DNA of 62,630 nucleotides, counting the filler, from Hausera hauseri (Eukaryota), in NCBI GenBank assembly GCA_046269625.1. It is 11 parts of 11 records of this genome, joined end to end, with 100 filler letters (N's around TTAATTAATTAA, not from the genome) between each part and the next. Parts side by side here need not be neighbours in the genome. Positions count along the whole stretch, not along the records: positions 51,497 to 55,476 come from JBJURY010842413.1; positions 55,577 to 62,630 come from JBJURY010040888.1; 9 more parts are not named here. The stretch is one strand, 5' to 3'. The translations under genes were made by a program, and so were the position numbers. The notes beneath the pieces were generated by a model. The model was not told the DNA's origin. It worked only from the letters and a program-made list of their open reading frames with translations, and ran no database searches. Below, in pieces: positions 51,715-62,630 of the stretch. Positions within the stretch are counted from its first letter, which is position 1, and each line of letters starts with the position of its first letter.

Positions 51715-52300
51715 AACAAATGCTTATTTTGAGCGATTCAATTTTCCACAAGTAGGTAACAATATTTCATACAAAATTCCGTTATTAATGAAAAAATGGA
51801 CACAGAAGGATTTTGGTATTAAAATCCATATTCGCACATATTTCAGAAGAAGGATTGAACGAAATAGGGTCAGGTACAAAGTTTTTCTCTCAAAACGGAT
51901 TTTTCACGGAATTATAGTATGCAATGCGTACTATGATGACGATGGAGAAGAAATAACAATAAAATTAGCAACGAACGATATTGATCAATGCGATAAACTG
52001 GATAAAAGGATTGGGCTTAGAATTTGGTGTTTACGCACGCATTTATTTGTTCGAAATAAATCTTAGTGTTTTTTATGTCTTGAGAAATTTTATGTGAACA
52101 TACACACATAGCATATATATAAGATGGAATTATTTTTACTCTAAAAATGTTTTTTACTTTGCAGTATATGTTATCAACACCCTCAGACACTATGTTGTTA
52201 TACGTATTACTTCCAATATATGTGGGCTTCAATCAAATTAGTGCCATCCGTTTCAATTTTACCAAGACTGAATGAAATCGAGATATTCAAAGATATTATG

Positions 52301-53580
52301 AGTAGGTAGAAGTGAGTTCTCCACCGCACTTCTCTGATTGGTTCACCGATTAGTTTTTCCCACCTGATTGGCTATTCTGAACATTTTACTAACTTTTCTC
52401 ATGACCCCCCCCCAAAATGAGGTCGAGCAAAGAGATTCGGACCAGGTCACATCGATAGCGCGTGATGAGGTGAACAAAAGTTAGCAGAGGTACGGCTTAC
52501 AGAAATGTAAGGTAGAGTCGCTAAAAGAGGAAGAAGCAAAACAGGAAATGCTCCACGTGTAACGCGAAACATGTTGCTAGCATTGAGAAAATGTGTACAA
52601 GGGGTAAATCTATATTGGCGATTGCAATAGACACTGTTCCAAGTCAGTCAGACCATAGGAACATTGGGAAAAATTGATGGAAATTTTCTAACGGGTAAAA
52701 TTTCCCCCTGTTCAAGTCTGCCGGTGATGGAAAGTGGCCTAATACATCGCCCATAAGCTGGGAAAATTTTCATATTGTAGCCTCCTCACGATCAGACCAA
52801 TGGATCAGGGTGAAAAATGCAATTAAACGAACGAAGGAACGAACCAAAAAAGCGCAATGTTAAAGTCAAAATCATCATAGTAGGTAGAAGTGTGGGCTCC
52901 CAACCACTTCACAAGACGTTCTCAGATTGAGCTGGAAACCAGTTTTCCCCATCTATCTCACAATTCTGAGCATTTCATGTTTTGTGGTCGGAGATCCCCC
53001 CAGCCGTAAGCACATGTCACCTGCCGCACATTTCACCGACGGAAATCGGTAGAGCTGGATGAGGCGAGAAAAATTTTCTAGCGCGGCGAGAATCGAAAAT
53101 ATTACTGGACGGCGCTAGAAGAAAAACAAGCAAAACAGGAAATGTTTTATGATAAACGAGACACGAGTTACGAATTACGCAATGTTTAGTGCAAATGTCA
53201 AATCAATGTCGGGAAATCGAATGCGCACAATTTCAACGTTGTCTGACCATGGGAACATGGGGGAAAATCGATGGGGAAATTTCAAACTCTAAAAATTTAC
53301 CATTGTTCAAGTCTGATGGTTGTGGAAATGGGTTGAGCACTCTAGCTCATCAGTAGTTGAGCATTTCATTTTATAGCCGCCTCACAATCAGACCAATGGA
53401 TCCCGCCGAAAAATACAACAAAAACATTGTTAAAATATCAAAATCATCTTCATCATCATCGTTGTAAATGCCTTCGTTCGTTCGTTTGTTCGTTTTATAA
53501 AAAGTCATATGAATTTTATTTTGTACGACGAACTCATAACTGAGTACCACTACTCACAAGGAGAATGATAGTGACATATC
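52301..53580. repeat. Two tandem diverged copies (52301-52878, 52879-~53580) of the putative Polinton terminal block
   Basis: Both begin AGTAGGTAGAAGTG and share GACCATGGGAACAT, TGTTCAAGTCTG and CCTCAC.ATCAGACCAA with 48894-49560. Confidence 0.8.
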
Positions 53581-53650
53581 ATATTATTTCTCATGATTTG
53601 TTCCCTCTTTGGTACACAAAACAACAGCAATGAAATAATACATATATATT

Positions 53651-54000
53651 TCACAAAAGTGATTGTAATGTTAACCACAATAAGCAGTAATATCCAAATA
53701 GTATAGTCATTGGATGTTGATAATAAACTCGATTATATCCAACACGGTATGATGATTGCCGTTCAATTTGAGAAGTTAACGATGACGGATAGTAAAATCC
53801 GAACGGATCGAATATTCTGACGACGTTGGTCAGATGGACGTACACAGCAATCCAATGTTCACCCGGCAACGATGCAGTTTGTGTATTGATAGTAAGGCCG
53901 CCAGTTTGTCCTGAATCACGCGGCATACAGTCCAGTTGAAACACGCCACGAAATTTCACGCTCAAGGGCAGTTTTCTGTAGTGACTGAGCTCGGTGCAGC
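53651..54000 (-). CDS. Adenain-like cysteine protease
   Basis: FRGVF..INTQ..LPGEHWIAVY...IFDPFG...YQHP..ILFGYYC. The catalytic Cys position appears replaced by Phe. Confidence 0.85.
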
Positions 54001-54084
54001 TAAATGTGAAAAATGTTATGTAAGTATAATAGTAATAGAAATAAATTTCTTCATAGTACTACGGTGAGACACAGCATATTTTAT

Positions 54085-54640
54085 TTATACAATGACCGTT
54101 CCGTTTTTCGTTATTTCAACCTCCGCATCAAATGCACCGTAAATGTACATCACAGTAGATTGCTCCAACACTTTAGCAAAGTGTACCTCCAATCGTAGGT
54201 TTCCCTGCTGAGGTAGTTTAGTCTGTTCAACGTCATAATCCGGAGCCATGATAAAGGTGAAGAATGGGTAGGTGGGCTTGAACAAATCCATCGATATTCT
54301 ATTGTTGACATTTTTGTTTAGCAAACCCATGTTGCACACGATAGATTGCATATATGTGCAAACATAATCACCGGTCTTGAAATCCTGCTTGTATATCTCA
54401 ACGAAATCCGCATTCCGACCCAAACTGGTGTAATTCACATTGCTATTGGCAAGCGTTTCCGAATCGGTAGTATAACTGCCCGTTTGTTGAACAGTCGTTT
54501 GAAATGTAACGAGCACAAATTTCGGCAATCGCATGTCTGGACTAACACAACATAAGTTTTGCAAGTTAAAGGCATAAAGGTTGTTGGAGTTTTGCACGAC
54601 AATCCGCAGAAGAACATATCCGATGGTACAGGTGATACAC
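54085..54640 (-). pseudogene. Major capsid protein (hexon, double jelly-roll) C-terminal part
   Basis: RLPKFVLVTF...GSY...FTFIMAPD...GNLRLEVHFAKVL...YGAFDAEVEI, upstream of adenain. Confidence 0.88.
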
Positions 54641-55083
54641 CAATAAAAATTGATGAAAACAAATTCCAAATACCATTTGAAATAAACGAATGCATTTTTG
54701 ATTCTTTGAACTTGTTATTCAGTAAATTAAACAGTAAGTCTTAATCTAAATATTGCAATTCTGAATTATGTACATTGATCAAAAATCCAATTGAACAAAA
54801 ATTATCAAAATGGCTAACAGAGAATCAAAATTCAAAAGACGCAAAAAGTATTTTTTTATTCACAATATTAAAACAATTTAAAAAAACTTTTTATATTCAA
54901 CATGGCACAAATGCAGTATGTAATAAATTTTTTGTTTGTCGTAGCAAATCTTTTTTTCTAGCTTAAATATTCTTTATACAAAAAGGCCTCAATAATCTGA
55001 CAATAATGAAAATACAGTGACAGATCAAAAATTTTACACAATATTTTGAACAGTTGAATATGATCAGATACGTAAAATAGAAT

Positions 55084-55326
55084 CTACGAAGTGCTTTTGG
55101 TCGGTAACATTTCAGGTCCAATAAGAAATTCTTTGCATTCTATACAAATGGGAACGGATGTGTGAATACCGAGTGTTGGCAATGGGACTTTTATTCCCCA
55201 GCAGGAATTACAGAACAAATGCGCGCACCGTCGGCAATGGTGTTGTCGACGGAACCAATTAAATGTATTACTACAGTGGCAGCATCGAGAAAATGATGAA
55301 TCACATTGCCATTGTGGACGGTCCAA
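55084..55326 (-). CDS. FYVE zinc-finger domain exon
   Basis: WQCD..CCHC..F..FRRQHHCRRCAHLFCNSC...ICIEC. Confidence 0.88.
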   Translation of the reverse strand: MDRPQWQCDSSFSRCCHCSNTFNWFRRQHHCRRCAHLFCNSCWGIKVPLPTLGIHTSVPICIECKEFLIGPEMLPTKSTS

Positions 55327-55576
55327 ACTGATATCAATTAAACCTGATGCAAAATCATTTTCATGGCTCTGGACATTTTGGTTCCATTGATATTTGATAT
55401 GTCATTCTAAACGATCTGAGAATCAAAATTTTTCCCATTTTCATTCGAAAATTCCGCACTCAATTTAGCCTTCTTGNNNNNNNNNNNNNNNNNNNNNNNN
55501 NNNNNNNNNNNNNNNNNNNNTTAATTAATTAANNNNNNNNNNNNNNNNNNNNNNNNNNNNNNNNNNNNNNNNNNNN

Positions 55577-58500
55577 ACCCTTAATAAACATAAGCCAGTT
55601 GCAGCAGCACAGCCTGCAGTACCACAGCCAAATGCAGCACTACAGGCAGATGGAGAACTAAAACGCCCATCAGGCCCATCAGGCCCATCAGACGTAGTGG
55701 CTCCACAAAAAAGCCAAAGACAGCGATCCCTTAATGCTGCAGCATTAAAGAAAAAAGTCCGCAAATATGTCGTTGATGTAGCTGGTCAAAAAACCATCAA
55801 GGAGTTCCTGGAGTACGCAGAGGAAGAAACAATAAAGATTCTCCAGGACAACATAGCTGAGCTCAGGGCCCTTAAAGTTAATATGAAACTTGAGCCCACA
55901 TACGTCATTGTTGATGACAAAGAGTCAAAAAGTGCCTTCAAGACCAAAAATAGACTTATTTTTTAAGCCACTAATATAGTAGTATGGCTACATGAAGAGC
56001 ATGCGAAGCTAATCCGTGAAGTCGATGAAAGCCAGGATAAGAAGAGCGGATGGACTCTGGCAACCATCAAGAGATGGATCGTGGATGTTCACAAGTACTC
56101 TTGAATGCTGGGTAGTTCATACATTCAGCTTCCGGAATGGATCGCTAATAAAAAAGCATGTGTCAGTGTCCATAATGATGACAACAAGTGTTTCATGCAT
56201 GTCATGATATGTAAACTCGTACCGGATCAAAACATGCAGCAGATCGAGTTTGGCTATATAATGATCTGCAACACAACTATGACTTCCAATGTATTAAGTT
56301 CTCGCCATTCATATATGAAATAAAAAAATTCGGGCGAATCAATAACATGTCCATCAACATCTTTGGATTGGATGATGAATACAAATTCTCTCCCTGCAGA
56401 TATGTGATGCTGAATTGGAAGATCGTAGGAATCTGCTCCTACTAGATGATGGTGAAAAGAGGCATTTCATCTGGATAAAGAACATTGAGCGTCTAGTCAG
56501 ATCCAAAATTACGAAAAACACAACAAGAATCGAAATACTCAAACGATGCTTTTCCCTTTTCAGTGCTGATGCAGCAGTGGACAAGCTTGCAGAGCACAAG
56601 ATGTACTGCAAAAACAATTATTGTATCAGGCCATAATTTCCCAAGGAGGACTACATTGAATTCAAGGAGTTCAAGAATAAGCTCAAGGTTGCAACTCTCG
56701 TCTATTGCGACTTTGAAGCTATTCTCAGGTACGGAGTTTCACTCCCTGCCCTCAATATAGCAGCGCAACGACATACCAATATCACGAACTCTCATCGTAT
56801 TGCATGTATGACAAAGGACTGGACAGTTAACCGTTTCAATTCAGGGGTCCAGGTGCAGCAGTACATTTCGTGAAGAGACTTGAAGACATGGCTCATAAAC
56901 TTGAAAACATGTTTCAGCAGGGCGAGGCAAAAGCATGTTACTTGTACGACAAGTCCTTCACAAGAGAAATTGGAAAGTCAAGTATCAGTGCCATTTTACA
57001 TGTACATATCGAGGGGTAGCATACAACAACTGCAATCTTCGCTACAAAACATGCACATATGTGTCTACAGTGTACCATAATCTTAATGGATATGATTCCC
57101 ATTTCATACTCCCAGAATTAGGTAACATTGTGGTAATATAGATGTGATCCCAAACAGTGGAGAAAAATACATCACATTTTCGAACAATGTTGGGAAAATC
57201 AGGCTTCGTTTCATAGACAGCTTTCGTTTCATGTTGTCCTCACTGGAGAGTTTAGTGAAGAATCTCCCTTCAGAGGAACTCAAGGAGACAAAATAGTTCT
57301 TCCCAACTGCATTTGACCTCGTCAAGAGGAAAGGCGTGTTTTCTTATGACTATATAACATCATGGGAAACACTGGATGGGACCTCATTGCCGGCCAAGAA
57401 GGACTTTTATAATATCCACTCTGATTGCGATATCAGTGATGCGGACTACTAGTATGCTCAGAACGTCTGTCAAACATTCCAATGCCGAACAATAGGGGAA
57501 TATAGTGACAGGTGTCTTTGAGAGTTTCAGAGATGTTACAATGAAGAGCCATGCTTTGGATCCGGCTCATTTTTTTACGGATCCAGGGATGACTTGGGCA
57601 GCAGTGCTGCGCTATACTGGTATTAGGCTGCAGATCATTAAGGATTACAACATGATCCTTATGATCGAGAGAGGTATTAGAGGAATATGCCAGACCATTC
57701 ATCGGAATAGTGAGGCCAATAACAAGTACATGGCCAAATACGACTCAACAAAGAAATTCTCATATATAGCACACCTGGGTGCCGACAACTTGTATGGATG
57801 GGCAATGAGCGCCACATTGACATATGATAACTAAAAATTGGTCAAGAATCCTGAAAAATCTTTATATTGGACCTAGATCCCATTGGAGAAACGGGATACA
57901 TACTGGAGGTAGATATGGAATATACGGCTTTTATCTACACAATGCATCAACAGCTGCCTTTCCTCCTTGAGAGCAGGCCTCCATACCACTGGAAGTATAG
58001 AAAGCTGCTCTGTCATCTGGGTAATAGGGGGAGGTATGTAGTTCACTAAATCAATCTCCAGCAGGCAGTTAGACATAGACTTCGTATTACTAAGATCCAT
58101 AGAGCCCTGCAGTTCAGCCAGTCCATGTGGCTGCAGTCATACATAAATCTCAATACGAAGCTGCGGACTAATGCCAAGAACGACCTTGAGAAAGGTCAGT
58201 TCAAACTATGTAACAAGAGCATTTTTGGCAAGACCATGGAGAATATCCGAAACAGGATTAACATTGAGCTAGAATGTGACTGGAAGCGGGCAAAGAAGCT
58301 TATTTCCTAGTCTAACTTCCACAGCAGCACCATATATACTGAGAACTTGGTAGGCATCCATATACTGAAAAAGCATTGGTATTCAACAAGCACTTATATG
58401 TGGGTATGGCAATCCTCGACTTGTCAAAGGCCCTAATGTATAATTCCCACTACGAAATCATGGTCCCCACATTCAAGTCCATACAGCTGATGTATATGGA

Positions 58501-58939
58501 TACTGATAGTTTCATATATTACGTATATACAGATAATAATTATAAGGACTTTGCCCAATTGGCCCAACATATGGATATCTTGGACTATCCAAAGGATCAT
58601 CCCAACTATTCAATTGCCCACAAAAAGGTTCTTGGGAAATTCAAAGACGAGGTGAATGGAGCAATCATCCCGAGATTCTTAGCTCTCATATCTAAAATGT
58701 ATGCTCTAGACTTATGTGGTCAGATCAAATAGATAGCCAAGGGCGTTCAAAAGGCTACACTGGCCAAGATCAGTTTTCAGGACTATGTGACAGTTCTGCA
58801 GGAGCAGACTCAGTTTATTTCAGAAGTGAAAAAGATCCAATCTAGGGATCATAACATCCAAACAGTACCTCTGCATAAGGAAAGCCTAGATTGGATGGAT
58901 GACAAGAGGCAGATTTTGAGCAATGGAATCCACATATAA
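55577..58939 (+). pseudogene. Protein-primed PolB with endonuclease VII-like domain, unit 1, degraded
   Basis: GSSYIQLPEWIANKKAC.NDDNKCF; HNLNGYDSH; FIDSFRFM; KGVF.YD; ADNLYGWAM; KSIFGKT; YMDTDS; LGKFKDE; AKGV; DDKR. Confidence 0.95.
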
Positions 58940-58948
58940 TCCAAATAC

Positions 58949-59590
58949 AGGGGGAAAATTCGGGTTCCCCCTCAACCCTCCGAGGGGATGTGCGCGTAGA
59001 TAAATCGATAATGCCAATCGATAGTGTACACTGTGCACTATCGATCCCCAGAGTGCTAGGCGACGGTGCCGCTAGGAATCGTTGCTAAGGGCACTTTTGC
59101 ACATTTGACTAATCGATTGCTGCACAGTGCAGTATTGATCGAACCGATCGGGACAAAGTGCTAATCGATAGTGCACATCAGTGCGCATCGACTGTTGAAC
59201 AGTGCAGGTGTGCAGCTCATGCGTAAGTGTGTAAAATCAATAATATTGGATTTTCCATATTCTCAATATTGGTTATTGGAGAACGGCACCGGGTGCAATC
59301 GGAAGCACACATGATGTACTGTGTGAAAGTGCAGTTAGAATTTTAATTTTTCGAGCCGATTTCGAATAATATCGATTCAAAGTGCAACTGAGGGAAAACC
59401 CGCATAGGCTTTTGAGGCCCTAAAAAAGCAAAAGTCGTGATTATAATTAGTGGGGACAGATAGGTCATCGAGTATCTCAATCTCGAATCTCGAGTCAGAT
59501 ATTCGAAATTCGAATATTTTTTGGCTCGATTATCGAATATCAAACTAGTCGAAAAATCTAAGTAAGAATCGATTTCTCATTCGATAACCT
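58949..59590. promoter_or_regulatory. Hairpin and CpG-palindrome-rich spacer between tandem pPolB units
   Basis: AGGGGGAA..TTCCCCCT stem, three related ATCGAT..GTGCAC..ATCGAT hairpins and a TCGA cluster. Confidence 0.5.
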
Positions 59591-60051
59591 CCTTATACAT
59601 AATTTTTATTCCATGAAAATGTACTATGTAGACAAAAAATCAATATTTCGAATTAAACAAAATCTGCATTTAAAGCCCAGTGAAGCGGAAATCAATAAAT
59701 CTATCAGCGGGATTGGATAGGAAGTCATGTATATTGAATCGGAATATGGCATTAGGTATTCGAATTCGCGCTAACAAGTCAAATACATAGCTATTAGAAC
59801 TCGAATATTCGGTCAAGCATGCATTATTCAAAGAATCTAATGACATTGTTCGATCCTCATAGTAGAAAACCTTAAATCTGGCGCCGATTTCTATTTAATT
59901 TATTTGATGCATTAAAACAAATGCGCATTAAAACCAATCAATAGGCGAAGCAGTACATTGTGATATGGCAATATTGTTCATTATTTCCAAAATAACTTCA
60001 ACGAATAGTGGGATTTTTAATTGTGCTACTCAAATAATTGATTGATTTTAG

Positions 60052-60534
60052 ATGTGCAAACTTTACAGCGAATGTTTGAGTCAAATCCGCGAGCCGGAAA
60101 ATTGTCACAGTGTTATAAAGAAGTACTTTGGCAATATGTACAACAGAGTTCAGTATTATGTATGCTCTACATGTGAGGTAGTGTGCCAAACCAATAATGA
60201 AGACTTTTACAATGTCCATAAACAGCCCTTGATTTCCTTCATCAAGTCGAAAATATAAATATTCAGTACTGATATGCCAATAACGACTTTTATGCCAAAG
60301 GAAAATAAAAGATGCAGTTAATATGTGTATTGCATATGTGCAATACACAACTCTAAGAATTGCCACAATGCCATGAGGAGCTATTATGGATACAAATTCA
60401 ATAGAGTCCTCTATTATATTTACCCTGGATGTGAGGCTGTTTGTGATGTAGAATACACGCAGTTTTACAAAAATCTTATTTCCCATTTGACAGGCTTCAA
60501 CTCAAAGTCAAAGAAGGTCATATTCAATGAGTAG
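60052..60534 (+). CDS. Two tandem small Cys-rich paralogous ORFs
   Basis: CLSQIREPENCHSVIKKYFG..YNRVQYYVCSTCEVVC versus CICAIHNSKNCHNAMRSYYG..FNRVLYYIYPGCEAVC. Confidence 0.55.
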
Positions 60535-62630
60535 CATCCTGCTTTGGCAGCACAGCCAGTTGTAAAGCCTGATTTAGCAGCAAGGCTTGCTTTAGCATCA
60601 AGGCCTGATGCAGGACCAAAAGGCCTATCAAAAATAGCAGTAGATGCTCCATGAAAAAGTCACAGAAAGCGGCCAGTTGGTGCAGCTTCACTGAAGAACA
60701 AAGTACGGCGCTACTTCATAGCAGCAGTGGAGCGGATATCGCTCCATGATTTCCTGGAATATTCAATGAGGAGGCGGCAGGAATTCTCCAGGACAATGTG
60801 TTGGAGCTGAAGCACTTAAGGTGAACTTCAAATTGGAAGCCGCCTTCTCCAATGTCAAAGGACAGCTGTCCAGTTGTGCCTTTAAGACAAAGAACAGGCC
60901 ACTATTGACATCCTTCAACATTAAGGATTTCATTACAGAGTACTATGCAAGACTCATCCGTGAAGCCGAAGAAAGCCAGGACAAGAAGAGCGGTTTGACT
61001 TTAGCAACAATAAAAGGATTACTTGTGCATCTGCACAAGTATTCTCCCATGAGAGGTAGGTCCTACATACCGCTTTCTGAATGGATAGTTAAGAAAAATG
61101 CATGTGTCGATGTCCATAATAATAACAACATGTGTTTCATACATGTCTTTTAATCAAAACTAGTCCAGGATTAACATAATGGTTCCCGAGTTTTGATATA
61201 TGACAAGGTGCAGCACACGCAAGACTTCAGCTGTGTTTCATTCTCATCGAGCCTAGATGAAGTCGTGAAATTTGAAAGCGCAAACAACATCTCAATCAAC
61301 ATCTTCGTATTGGAGGAGGAAAAATTTTATCTATTACATGTGTGCAAGGAGAAATTGGAGGATCATAGGGATCTACTTCTTCTAGGTGATGGAGTAACGA
61401 GTCACTTCATCTGGATCAAGAATTTTGAGCGCCTCGTAGGATGCCAAATATCCAAGCATAAATCAAGGCTGGAAATATGCAAGAGATGTTGTATCAATTT
61501 TAATGGGGAGACAGCCGCAAAAAGCTGGTGGAGCACAAGACCTACTTTAATACAAACTATTGCATCCGAGCAGAATTCATCAATGAGGATTACCTGGAAT
61601 TCAAGGAGTTGGATAAGATTCAGAAGGTGCCGATTGTCGTCTATTGTGATTATTGGGCCATCCTCAGACCAGTTCACAGCTGCAGCCCTATTCCCCAACA
61701 TAGCAGCACAACAGAATACAAGTATCATGAACTCTCATCGTATTGTATGTATGCCAAAGGAATGGACAGTGAACCATTTATATTCAGAGGACCATATGCA
61801 GCAGCACATTTTATGAAAAGATTAGAAGATATGGCTCATAGGCTTGATAACATGCTTCAGCAGCATAAGGATACAATGACATGTCGAAGCAGCAAGAAGA
61901 TGAATGGCGCACGGCAAGAACATGTTACTTGTGCGATAAGTCTTTCACCAATGATAATTATAAAGTGAGGGATCATTGCCATTTTACAGGCAAATATCGA
62001 GGTGCAGGATGCAACAAGTGCAATCTACGTTGCAAAACATGTACTTATGTGCCTGTAGTATTCTACAATCTTATTTGTTATGATTCCCATTTTATTGTTC
62101 GGGAACTAGATAATATTGAGGGGAACATTGATGTCATTCCAAACAGTGAGGAAAAATATATCACCTTCACTGAAAATGTGGGACGCATTAGACTTCGATT
62201 TACAGATAGCTTTAGATTTATGATCTCGTCACTGGACATCCTCGTGAAGACCCTTCCGGCTGATGTGCTCAAGGAGACTAAGAGGTTATTCCCGGATACA
62301 TTTGACCTGGTGAAGCTGAAAGGAGTGTTCCCCTATGAATATGTAACGTCATGGAAAGCACTGGATGAAGATGCATTACCGACCAAGTAGGACATCTATA
62401 GTCAATTGTCATACAGTCATATTAACGATTCTAACTATGTGCACGCCCAGAGAGTATGACAGACCTTCCAGTCCGCGGCAATAGGGGAATACAGTGATAT
62501 CTATCTCCTCACAAAAGTGCTGTTGCTTACTGATGTCTTCGAAAGCTTCCAAGATGTGACATTTAAGAGCCACAAGTTAGACCCATCCCATTTCTTTACG
62601 GCTCCTGGAATGAATTGGGCCCGGAATAAG
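60535..62630 (+). pseudogene. Protein-primed PolB, unit 2 (5' part; window ends)
   Basis: GRSYIPLSEWIVKKNAC; CYLCDK..VRDHCHFTGKYRGAGCNKCNL; FTDSFRFM; KGVFPYEY. Colinear with unit 1 at an offset of about 4.95 kb. Confidence 0.95.

Overview
This is a eukaryotic (animal), AT-rich window and not one locus. It is about 11 unrelated contigs joined by artificial 100-bp linkers (44N-TTAATTAATTAA-44N) at 4193, 9125, 17134, 23136, 27322, 32083, 42409, 47271, 51397 and 55477. Most of it is decayed mobile DNA: five partial copies of a CsRn1-like Ty3/gypsy family, a second gypsy family with a membrane-protein ORF, Polinton/adintovirus remnants (three pPolB, ATPase, adenain x2, hexon, penton, core-like protein) and a polypyrimidine satellite. 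Host gene fragments or pseudogenes are also present (TTC8/BBS8, TDRD12-like, CBP/p300, spalt/SALL, KANK-like, FYVE, MATH, RRM), some with 41-54 bp introns. The main candidate novelty is the CsRn1-like family, which has three unusual traits. (i) Its ~108-bp GC-rich terminal repeats appear INVERTED rather than direct, with the complement of the PPT where a tRNA PBS should be. (ii) It encodes a ubiquitin-like domain ending RxRGG fused directly in front of Gag. (iii) Its reading frame has no conserved ATG, runs open from the element's outer end, and the copies lie in sense orientation in or beside host ORFs. Caveat: the 5' and 3' ends come from different copies on different contigs, and all alignments were made by eye.
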